Shown here in pieces: positions 41,661-49,520 of a DNA stretch of 64,000 nucleotides (position 1 is the stretch's first letter; every line of letters begins with the position of its first letter). The DNA comes from Longimicrobiales bacterium. Its GTDB lineage: Bacteria > Gemmatimonadota > Gemmatimonadetes > Longimicrobiales > Gaopeijiaceae. The notes below the pieces were generated by a model. It saw only the letters and a program-made list of their open reading frames with translations. It did no database searches and was not told the DNA's origin. The DNA lies in the NCBI GenBank assembly GCA_040216925.1, contig JAVJOF010000015.1, positions 63,836 through 127,835 on the forward strand, read 5' to 3'. Both the position numbers and the translations under genes were made by a program.

Positions 41661-42028
41661 CGCCCGCTGGCAGGCCCGTTCGGCCATTCCGTCGGCGTGG
41701 GGGGGCGGGTATGGTCCCCACCCACCCGACCGGTCGAGGGTGGGTTCACAGGGGCGCTGAGCGCCCCAAATTCCGCTTTCGACCCCCGCACCCGGACGAG
41801 CGGGCGATCCGGGGCGCTGAGCGCCCCAAATTCCGCGTTCGACCCCCGCACCCGGACGAGCGGGCGATCCAGGGCGCTGAGCGCCCCGGATTCCGCCTTC
41901 GACCCACCTCGCCGCCCTCGCCGCCGCCCCACTCGCCGCCCGCTGGCAGACCCGTTCGGCCATTCCGTCGGCGTGGAGGGACGGGTATGGTCCCCACCCA
42001 CCCGACCGGTCGAGGGTGGGTCCACAGG
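41661..42028. repeat. Composite intergenic repeat: two 92-bp direct repeats flanking a 60-bp tandem array
   Basis: A1 (41661-41752) and A2 (41937-42028) differ at about 5 positions. Both contain the hairpin ACCCACCCGACC/GGTCGAGGGTGGGT. Confidence 0.9.
41751..41905. repeat. 2.6 tandem copies of a 60-bp unit carrying the GGGGCGC-TGA-GCGCCCC hairpin
   Basis: Units 41751-41810 and 41811-41870 differ by 1 nt. The third copy is truncated (41871-41905). Confidence 0.9.
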
Positions 42029-42150
42029 GCCCCCAACCGCACCCCTTCCGGTCGTCGGCCCCAGCCGCGCCCGGCGACCCTGTCGCGCCGTCGGCCAGAA
42101 GCCGACGACGCACGCCTACGCACCGACGATCACCTTTCTGGAGGATTCCG

Positions 42151-43383
42151 ATGCCGCTGGACCGACTGAGCCCCCTTCTCGACCGCCACGTGGCGGAGCT
42201 GGACGCCGCCGGAACGGCCAAGGGGCGGGAGTCCGTGGTCGTGGGCGTCCTTCCCGCCGAGGGCGACCGGGGCCCCCGGTTCCTGCTGGAGGGGCAGGGC
42301 AGCACGGAGTTCATGCGCATGAACTCCAATTCCTACCTCGGACTGGGGCTCCATCCGGAGGTCATGGCGGCCGAGGAGCACGCCACCGCCGCGTTCGGCG
42401 CCGGCCCCGGAGCGGTCCGGTTCATCAGCGGCTCGTACAAGGCCCACACCGATCTGGAGGCGCGCCTGGCCGCGTTCCACGACCGGGAGCGGGCCATGAT
42501 CTTCTCGTCGGCCTACGCCGCCGTGGTCTCGACGCTTGTGCCGCTGGTCACGCCCGAGACCGTCCTGATCTCCGACGAGCTCAACCACAACTGCATCATC
42601 AACGCGATGCGGCTGGCGCGGCCCGCGGGGAAGGCCGTCTACACCCACAACGACGTGGATGCCCTCGACGCGGCGCTCACCGAGTGGAAGGGGAAGGCGG
42701 ACCGGGCCATCGTGGTCACGGACGGGATCTTCTCGATGCGCGGAGACCACGCCCCGCTGAAGGAGATCCGCGCGGTCTGCCGGCGGCATGACGCCGACTT
42801 CGCCGAGAACGTGGTCCTCCTGGTGGACGACTCCCACGGCGTGGGTGCGTTCGGGCGCACGGGGCGCGGCACGGAGGAGTACACCGAATCGGGTCCGTCC
42901 GACATCCTGATCGGAACGCTCGGCAAGGCGTTCGGCGTCAATGGCGGATATGTTGCGACCAGCGCCTCGGTGGCCGCGTACCTCCGCGAGACGTCCATGA
43001 TGTACATCTATTCCAACCCCATCACGGTGGGGGAGGCCGCGGCCGCCCTGCGGTCGGTGGAACTCGTCGACTCGCCGGAGGGCGTGGCGCGTCTGGATCG
43101 CCTCCGGGCGCTGACGAAGCGCTTCGAGGACGGCCTGGGCGACGTCGGCATCGAGACGATTCCCGGAGAGCATCCGGTGGTGCCGTTGATGATCCGCGAC
43201 ACCGCCCGCACGAAGGCCCTGGTCCGCTACCTCTTCGAGAACGGGGTGCTGGTGACGGGACTGGCCTACCCGGTGGTTCCCCGTGGCGACGAGGAGATCC
43301 GCACGCAGGTCAACGCCGACCACACGGAGGCGGACATCGACCGGGTGCTGGGCCTCCTGGCGGCCTGGAAGTCCGGGTCGTGA
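42151..43383 (+). CDS. kbl: 2-amino-3-ketobutyrate CoA ligase (glycine C-acetyltransferase)
   Basis: PLP class-II aminotransferase pattern: NSNSYLGLG...DELNHNCIINA...VDDSHGVGAFG...GTLGKAFG (Lys). GGAGG RBS. Confidence 0.9.
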   Translation: MPLDRLSPLLDRHVAELDAAGTAKGRESVVVGVLPAEGDRGPRFLLEGQGSTEFMRMNSNSYLGLGLHPEVMAAEEHATAAFGAGPGAVRFISGSYKAHTDLEARLAAFHDRERAMIFSSAYAAVVSTLVPLVTPETVLISDELNHNCIINAMRLARPAGKAVYTHNDVDALDAALTEWKGKADRAIVVTDGIFSMRGDHAPLKEIRAVCRRHDADFAENVVLLVDDSHGVGAFGRTGRGTEEYTESGPSDILIGTLGKAFGVNGGYVATSASVAAYLRETSMMYIYSNPITVGEAAAALRSVELVDSPEGVARLDRLRALTKRFEDGLGDVGIETIPGEHPVVPLMIRDTARTKALVRYLFENGVLVTGLAYPVVPRGDEEIRTQVNADHTEADIDRVLGLLAAWKSGS

Positions 43384-44144
43384 CGCCGTCGCGCCGGAGC
43401 TTCGTGCGGACGGCCGGACTGGTCGGAGGCGCCCTGGCCACCGGCGCCGCCCGGCCCGGGCTCCGGCCGCCGGCCCAGGATTCGGAGTCGTACCGGACGG
43501 TCACGATGCGGGCCTCCCCCGGCCGCCTGCTGGAACTGATCGAGCTGCTGCGGGAGGAACGGGCGCACTTCCGGAGCGTGGGCGATGCGCCGGGCCTGTG
43601 GATGCGCCACAGCCAGGGCGACCACTGGGACCTCCTGATGATGTATCCCCTGGGGTCGTCCATGGGCGCGTGGTTCGCCGACGCCCGGGTCGCGGCCCGC
43701 CGGTCCGGGAACGGCGCACGGCTCCAGGCCGCCATCGACGACGCCACGGCCTGGCGCGAAGACCTGTTCGTACGCGGGGCGCCCGAATCGGTGGTCCGCC
43801 CTCGATGGGAGGCGGCGGGGCTGTTCCACGTCGAGATGTTCATCGCCCTGGCCGGGCTCCGGGAGGAGCTCCTCCGCGAGCGCGAGATGGAGAACGACTA
43901 CCTGGAGCGCACCGGGCGGCGGGCCAACCTGATCTTCGTGCGGGAGGCCGGCGCGGCCACGGACAACTTCAGCGTCGGGTTCTACCGTGACCTCCGGCAC
44001 TACGCCGAGGGCAGCAGCGCCACCGCCGAGGAGCAGGAGCGCGCCGCGGTGGCCGCCGGCTTCCAGGGCACGGCGCACATCGGGCCGTACATGCGCGAAT
44101 TCGTCGCCGAGCACCACGACACCCTTGCCGTAGCCATCCCATGA
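43380..44144 (+). CDS. Tat-signal protein with two beta-alpha-beta-beta (ferredoxin-like) half-domains, function unknown
   Basis: Tat motif SRRSFVRTAG. The two halves share the same predicted pattern (TVTMRA...LLELIELLREE... and HVEMFIA...LREELLRERE...). GTGA overlap with kbl and ATGA overlap with the next gene. Confidence 0.55.
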   Translation: MTPSRRSFVRTAGLVGGALATGAARPGLRPPAQDSESYRTVTMRASPGRLLELIELLREERAHFRSVGDAPGLWMRHSQGDHWDLLMMYPLGSSMGAWFADARVAARRSGNGARLQAAIDDATAWREDLFVRGAPESVVRPRWEAAGLFHVEMFIALAGLREELLREREMENDYLERTGRRANLIFVREAGAATDNFSVGFYRDLRHYAEGSSATAEEQERAAVAAGFQGTAHIGPYMREFVAEHHDTLAVAIP

Positions 44145-45307
44145 CCCCCACCCGCCGCGACTTCCTTCGCACCGCAGGCGCCGCCGCCGGGCTCACCGCG
44201 GCCGCCCCGTTCGTCAACGTGGGGCGCTTCCGGCTCCGGGCCCATGGCCGCCGGGAGTACAGTGCCCGCTGCATCGACCTGGTCCGTTCGTCGCTGGTGA
44301 TCGACATGCTCGGGCTCCTGTCGCTCAACGGCGAGACGCAGGCGCGCTGGGGGCCGGACCTGGCCCACCTGACCGAGGCCGACATCCAGACGTTCCGGGA
44401 CTCGGAGATCGACGTCTTCCACACGGCGTTCGGTGTGGGGGGCAGGACCCAGGAAGACGCCTACCGGAACGTGCTCGCGTTCGTGGCCGGCTACAACGCC
44501 ATCGTGGCCAACCGCCCGGACGTGTTCGTCCGCATCGACTCGGTGGCGGACCTGGACGCGGTCCACGGGTCGGGTAGGGCGGGCATCCTCATCGGCGTGC
44601 AGAACTCCCAGCACTTCCGCGACGCCGACGACGTGAACGTCTTCCACGCCCTGGGGCAGAGGGTCAGCCAGCTCACGTACAACAGCCGCAACGCCATCGG
44701 CAACGGTGCCACCGAGCGGGTGGACGGGGGCATCTCCGACTTCGGCGTGGGCGTCGTGGAGCGGATGAACGCGGTGGGCATGGCGGTGGACGTCTCCCAC
44801 TCGGGCGACCAGACCACCCTGGACGCCTGCGCGGTGTCTCGCCGTCCCGTCCTGTACACCCATTCCAACGCCCGGGCCCTCAATCCGGGGCATCCCCGGT
44901 GCAAGACCGACGAGGCCATCCGGCGCATGGCGGCCACGGGCGGGGTCATGGGCATCACGGGCGTCCGCAACTTCGTGAAGGACTCCGAGCCCACCACCAT
45001 CGAGGACTACCTCGACCACTTCGACCACGTGCGGGACCTGGTGGGCGTGGAGCATCTGGGGGTGGGTTCGGACATCGACCTCCACGGCTACGACGACATG
45101 CCGCCGGACGCGTACGAGTCGCTCAAGGCCAACTACAAGGGCTCCTACGCCTTCCGCGACAAGATCGACATCGAAGGCATCGACCACCCACAGCGGATGT
45201 TCGACGTGGCCGAGGGTCTGATCCGCCGGGGATACACGGACGAGCACATCCGTCTGGTCCTGGGTGGCAACTTCCGCCGGGTGCTGGGCGAGATCTGGGA
45301 CGTGTGA
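44141..45307 (+). CDS. Membrane (renal-type) dipeptidase, peptidase M19, Tat signal
   Basis: Tat motif TRRDFLRTAG. M19-like VIDMLG...FHTAFG...VSQLTYNSRN...VDVSHSGD...YTHSNARAL. Confidence 0.85.
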   Translation: MTPTRRDFLRTAGAAAGLTAAAPFVNVGRFRLRAHGRREYSARCIDLVRSSLVIDMLGLLSLNGETQARWGPDLAHLTEADIQTFRDSEIDVFHTAFGVGGRTQEDAYRNVLAFVAGYNAIVANRPDVFVRIDSVADLDAVHGSGRAGILIGVQNSQHFRDADDVNVFHALGQRVSQLTYNSRNAIGNGATERVDGGISDFGVGVVERMNAVGMAVDVSHSGDQTTLDACAVSRRPVLYTHSNARALNPGHPRCKTDEAIRRMAATGGVMGITGVRNFVKDSEPTTIEDYLDHFDHVRDLVGVEHLGVGSDIDLHGYDDMPPDAYESLKANYKGSYAFRDKIDIEGIDHPQRMFDVAEGLIRRGYTDEHIRLVLGGNFRRVLGEIWDV

Positions 45308-45485
45308 TGTCCGGAGGGGGAATCGATCATCGATCGTCCCGCCGGCACATCCGGGCCTGCCCGGAGTACTCAGCCACCGACGCCGGACGGGAAGGTCCCG
45401 TTCCGGCCGCGGCACCGCCGGGGGCGGGGTGGGGAGGAAGGGGGCGGACGGCCGATCATGGTTCCACCAGACCCCAGGAGTATCG

Positions 45486-46139
45486 ATGCGGTTCACGCGT
45501 ACGCTTCCTCTCATGGCCGCCGCCCTGTTGGCCGGCGCATGTGGCAGCGCAGAAGAGGCCCCCGAGGCCGCCGAAGCCCCGGCCGAGGCCGCCCTCACCG
45601 CCGCGGAAGTCACCGCGGCCGTCGAAGGTCTCGAGTGCTTCCTCAACAACTCGACCATGGCCGAGGCCGCCGAGCGCCCGAGCCCCCTCCATCAGGAGCC
45701 CATCGTCCTCGGTCGGGACGTCGGCAAGGTCTGCTACGGCGCTCCGTCCGCCCGGGACCGGGAGATCATGGGCGGGCTGGTCCCGTACGGTGAGCTCTGG
45801 CGCGTAGGCGCCAACGAGGCCACCGCCCTCCATGTGCCGTTCGCGGTGAACGTGGGCGGACTCGCGCTCGAGGCGGGGAGCTACTCGCTGTTCGCTCTGC
45901 CCGGCGAGACGGAGTGGCAGTTCTTCGTGAGCCCGATCTGGGAGCGGTGGGGCGTGCCGATCACCGAGGAGGTCCAGGCGTCCGCGCTCGGGTCCTTCAT
46001 GGTCACGCCGGCCACCTCCGACGAGATGGTCGAGGTGCTCGAGTACTCCTGGGAGGCCAGCGGTCCGAACGCCGGCACCCTGACGCTGGCCTGGGAGAAC
46101 ACGCGTCTTCCGATCCCGGTGTCGAAGCCGGTCATGTAA
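45486..46139 (+). CDS. DUF2911-family lipoprotein
   Basis: Lipobox LLAGACGS. GELWRVGANEATALHVPF...GSYSLFALPGETEWQFFVS is typical of DUF2911. Confidence 0.7.
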   Translation: MRFTRTLPLMAAALLAGACGSAEEAPEAAEAPAEAALTAAEVTAAVEGLECFLNNSTMAEAAERPSPLHQEPIVLGRDVGKVCYGAPSARDREIMGGLVPYGELWRVGANEATALHVPFAVNVGGLALEAGSYSLFALPGETEWQFFVSPIWERWGVPITEEVQASALGSFMVTPATSDEMVEVLEYSWEASGPNAGTLTLAWENTRLPIPVSKPVM

Positions 46140-46217
46140 CGGGCGCAGGTCCGTAGGAACACGTGCCCCCGGATGCCGGTCGGTGTCCGGGGGCGCCGTT
46201 CGTCCAAGCCCTGCGCC

Positions 46218-47042
46218 ATGCCTCGTCCCGACCTCCACCTCGCCACCTGCCGTTCCCTGCCGGACGGCGACCCCGACACCCGGCGGCTCGCCTCGCACCT
46301 CCGCGGCCAGGGCCTGGCCGTCGAGGTCGTGGTGTGGGACGATCCCGCGGTGGACTGGGAGGCGCCGGGGCTCACGCTGATCCGGTCCACCTGGGACTAC
46401 CACGAGCGGCGGGACGCGTTCGTGCGCTGGGTCCACTCCGTCCCGCGACTCCACAACCCGGCCGCCCTGGTGGAGTGGAACACGGACAAGCGGTACCTGA
46501 TCGACCTGTCCGCCACGCTCCCGGTGGTCGAGAGCGAGCTCATCGTCGATCCCACCACCTCCCGGATCGCCGGACGCATGGACGCCCTGGGTCTGGACGA
46601 AGCCGTGCTGAAGCCTGTGTTCGGCCTGGACGGCCACGGTGTCATGCGGGTGGGCCCGGACGGCGCCGGCCCCCTCCCGGGTGCCTGGTTGCTCCAACCG
46701 TTCGTCGAGGAGGCCTCCAGGGAAGGGGAGACCTCCGTGGTGGTCATCGACGGCCACCCGTCCCACGCCGTACGCCGCCGGCCACCCCCCGACGATTTCC
46801 GGGCGCAGGAGCGGCTGGGCGGGCGGGTCGAGGCCGTCGAGCCCGAGTCCGACGTGGCGGCGCTGGCCGTGAGGGCCGTCCAGGCCCTGGACCCCGTGCC
46901 GCTCTACGCGCGGGTCGACATCGTGCGATGCGAGGGGACGCCCGTGATCATGGAGCTGGAGCTCGTGGAGCCGTCCCTCTTCTTCGACCACGGCCCGGCC
47001 GGCCTCGACGCCATGACGCGGGCCCTCCAGGCGCGGCTGTAG
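46218..47042 (+). CDS. ATP-grasp domain protein (RimK/glutathione-synthetase-like)
   Basis: NTDKRYLIDL...VLKPVFGLDGHGV...LLQPFV...YARVDIV...VIMELELVEPSLFF. The start is uncertain (46173 or 46218). Confidence 0.6.
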   Translation: MPRPDLHLATCRSLPDGDPDTRRLASHLRGQGLAVEVVVWDDPAVDWEAPGLTLIRSTWDYHERRDAFVRWVHSVPRLHNPAALVEWNTDKRYLIDLSATLPVVESELIVDPTTSRIAGRMDALGLDEAVLKPVFGLDGHGVMRVGPDGAGPLPGAWLLQPFVEEASREGETSVVVIDGHPSHAVRRRPPPDDFRAQERLGGRVEAVEPESDVAALAVRAVQALDPVPLYARVDIVRCEGTPVIMELELVEPSLFFDHGPAGLDAMTRALQARL

Positions 47043-47149
47043 GCGTCCTCGGCTCTCCACGTCCGCGCCGCGAACCTCGCGGGCCGGGCGCCCCTGTCGT
47101 ATTGATGCCGGACCGGACTCCCGTGTCTTCCCGTTCCCCGGAGATCTCG

Positions 47150-47977
47150 ATGCGCGCCCACGCCCCCTTCGTCTGGCTCCTCCTGGCCGGAACGGCCGCC
47201 TGCAGCCCGGCGGCGCCACCGGCGGAACAGGGCGTGGCCGCGGTGTTCGACGGGTCGGGGGGACGGTGGGTGGACCTGACCCACCCCTTCTCGTCGGAGA
47301 CCGTGTACTGGCCCACCGACACCGCGGGCTTCCAGCTCGAGGAACTGGCCTACGGCACCACGGAGGGCGGGTGGTTCTACGCCTCGTACGCATTCGCGTC
47401 GGCGGAGCACGGAGGCACCCACCTGGACGCCCCGATCCACTTCGCCGAGGGGCGGCTGACGACCGATCGGATTCCCCTGTCGGGGCTGATCGGGCCGGCC
47501 GCCGTGGTGGACGTCACGGAGCAGGCATCGCCGGACTACCAGGTGACCCTGACCGACCTCCAGGCGTGGGAAGGAGCCCACGGCGCGCTGCCCGAAGGCG
47601 GCATCCTGCTGCTGCGCACGGGTTGGGGGAGCCGCTGGCCCGACCGGGCCGCCTACCTCGGCACCGACCGCACGGGCCCCGAGGCCGTGGCCGACCTCCA
47701 CTTCCCGGGCCTCCATCCCGACGCGGCCCGCTGGCTCGTGGCGGAGCGGGGCATCGTGGCGGTGGGCATCGACACGCCGAGTATCGACTACGGCCAGTCC
47801 ACGGACTTCGCCAGCCACGTGGCGCTCTACTCGGACAACGTCTCGGGCTTCGAGAACGTGGCGAACCTCGATCTCCTGCCCGAGACCGGGGCCTTCGTCG
47901 TGGCGCTGCCCATGAAGATCGAGGGGGGAAGCGGCGCCCCGCTGCGCATCGTCGCCTTCGTGCCGAGCGGATCATGA
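47150..47977 (+). CDS. Cyclase-family protein (kynurenine formamidase-like), secreted
   Basis: Lipoprotein-like signal LLLAGTAACS. VDLTHPF...EHGGTHLDAPIHF...GIDTPSID motifs. Confidence 0.8.
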   Translation: MRAHAPFVWLLLAGTAACSPAAPPAEQGVAAVFDGSGGRWVDLTHPFSSETVYWPTDTAGFQLEELAYGTTEGGWFYASYAFASAEHGGTHLDAPIHFAEGRLTTDRIPLSGLIGPAAVVDVTEQASPDYQVTLTDLQAWEGAHGALPEGGILLLRTGWGSRWPDRAAYLGTDRTGPEAVADLHFPGLHPDAARWLVAERGIVAVGIDTPSIDYGQSTDFASHVALYSDNVSGFENVANLDLLPETGAFVVALPMKIEGGSGAPLRIVAFVPSGS

Positions 47978-49434
47978 ACGCTTCCCCAGCACTCCTGGCC
48001 CTGATGCTCCTGGCCGGGCTGGCCGTCCCGCCTGCGGCCGCCCAGACCACCTACGACGTGGCCATTCTGGGCGGCCGGGTCATCGACCCCGAGACGGGCT
48101 ACGACCGGGTGGCCAACGTGGGCATCGACGGGGGCACCATCGCCGTCATCACCACGGACCCCATCCGCGGCACCCGCGAGATCGACGCCACCGACCACAT
48201 CGTCTCGCCGGGCTTCATCGACATCCTCTCGAGCATCCGTCGCGAGAAGAAGGCCCAGGCCGACAAGGCGGCCGACGGCGTCACGGCCGCCTTCGGCATG
48301 CACGGCGGGCCCCTGGACGTGGCCGAGTACGCCCGGAGCCACGCGGCCGTCGGGCCGCTGATCCACTACGCAGCCACCGTGGACCACCGCGACGTCCGGG
48401 AGGCGGCCGGCGCCACCGACCGCTACGCCCCGGCGCTGCCCGAGCACCTCCCGGTCATGAAGGAGCTGGCCCGCCGGGCCATCCGCGCCGGAGCCGTGGG
48501 CATCGGGTTCGGGCTCAACTACTCGCCCGGGGCCTCCTACGAGGAGGTCTACGCGATGTTCGAGGTGGCGGCCGAGGAGGGCGTGCCGGTCCACCTCCAC
48601 GCACGCTACAAGGGCAACGTGTTTCCGGAGACCATGAGCCTGGCGGCCATGGAGGTGATCGCCATGGCGGCGGCCACGGGCGCCCAGGCGCAGATCGCCC
48701 ACCTCATCTCGTCCACGGTGGGCTCGGCGCCCCTGTCCATCGCCCTGCTCGAGGGCGCCCAGGCCCACGGCGTGGACGTCGGCTTCGACTTCCACGTGTG
48801 GACGCGCAACCAGACCACCCTCCAGTCGGCGTTGTACGACGAGGGCTGGGAGCCGCGGTTCGGCGGCGCCACCTATTCGGACATCTACGTGGCCCGGACC
48901 CAGGAGCGGCTGACCCGGGAGCGCTTCTTCGAGCTCCGGGCGCAGGACGAGCCCGTGGCCATCCAGACCGAGTTCATCCCCGAGTCGGAGATCGTCATGG
49001 GCCTCGAGAGCCCCATCGGGATCGTCAGCTCCGACGGCGGCGGCCTGTCCGACGGCACGGGCCACCCCCGGAGCGTGGGCACGTTCGCCCGCTTCCTGGG
49101 CCGCTACGTGCGCGAGCAGGGCGTGCTGGACTGGCCGGAGGCGGTGGCCAGGATCACCCTGCTTCCCGCCCGGCGACTCGAGCGGGGGGTCCCGGCGATG
49201 GCGCGGAAGGGCCGCCTCCAGGTCGGGATGGATGCCGACGTGACCGTGTTCGACCCGGCCACCGTGACCGAGCGGGCCACGTACGCCGACCCGGATCAGC
49301 GCTCGGCCGGGATCCCGTGGGTGCTGGTGGGCGGTGTGGTGGTGGTGGGCGACGGACAGGTGGACACGTCGGTGTCGCCGGGACGGTGGATGCGGCACCC
49401 TGCGCCCCGGGGCGTCTCGGACGGCGGCGGCTGA
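47974..49434 (+). CDS. D-aminoacylase-like amidohydrolase, secreted
   Basis: Signal peptide. YDVAILGGRVIDPETG...VGIDGGTIAVI...IVSPGFIDILS...VHLHARY...AQIAHLIS...GMDADVTVFD. The N-terminal HxH is not present. Confidence 0.75.
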   Translation: MNASPALLALMLLAGLAVPPAAAQTTYDVAILGGRVIDPETGYDRVANVGIDGGTIAVITTDPIRGTREIDATDHIVSPGFIDILSSIRREKKAQADKAADGVTAAFGMHGGPLDVAEYARSHAAVGPLIHYAATVDHRDVREAAGATDRYAPALPEHLPVMKELARRAIRAGAVGIGFGLNYSPGASYEEVYAMFEVAAEEGVPVHLHARYKGNVFPETMSLAAMEVIAMAAATGAQAQIAHLISSTVGSAPLSIALLEGAQAHGVDVGFDFHVWTRNQTTLQSALYDEGWEPRFGGATYSDIYVARTQERLTRERFFELRAQDEPVAIQTEFIPESEIVMGLESPIGIVSSDGGGLSDGTGHPRSVGTFARFLGRYVREQGVLDWPEAVARITLLPARRLERGVPAMARKGRLQVGMDADVTVFDPATVTERATYADPDQRSAGIPWVLVGGVVVVGDGQVDTSVSPGRWMRHPAPRGVSDGGG

Positions 49435-49520
49435 CCGGCATCCCCGCAGCCCTTGCCCGAAGCGGGCCCGTCCGGGCACTCTGGCGGCTCCCCTGTCCGA
49501 GCCGCCGCCGGAGTCCTGCC

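Noticed and set aside
41751-41905. Possible CRISPR array, given regularly spaced palindromic repeats.
   Set aside because: The 60-bp units are directly abutting and almost identical along their whole length, so there are no unique spacers. Only 2.6 copies are present. No cas genes are in the window.
41655-42150. Possible glycine or other amino-acid riboswitch upstream of kbl.
   Set aside because: I could not find conserved riboswitch core sequences. The structure is explained by duplicated repeat units that begin immediately after the tdh stop. An Rfam scan would be needed to exclude it formally.
41374-42791. ORFs (41374-41760, 41697-42791) reading through the tdh-kbl repeat array and giving a repeated peptide GALSAPNSAFDPRTRTSGRS.
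   Set aside because: The periodicity comes from the 60-bp DNA repeat. The units are built around perfect DNA/RNA hairpins. The ORFs run into or out of frame with the flanking real genes. There is no RBS or plausible protein features.
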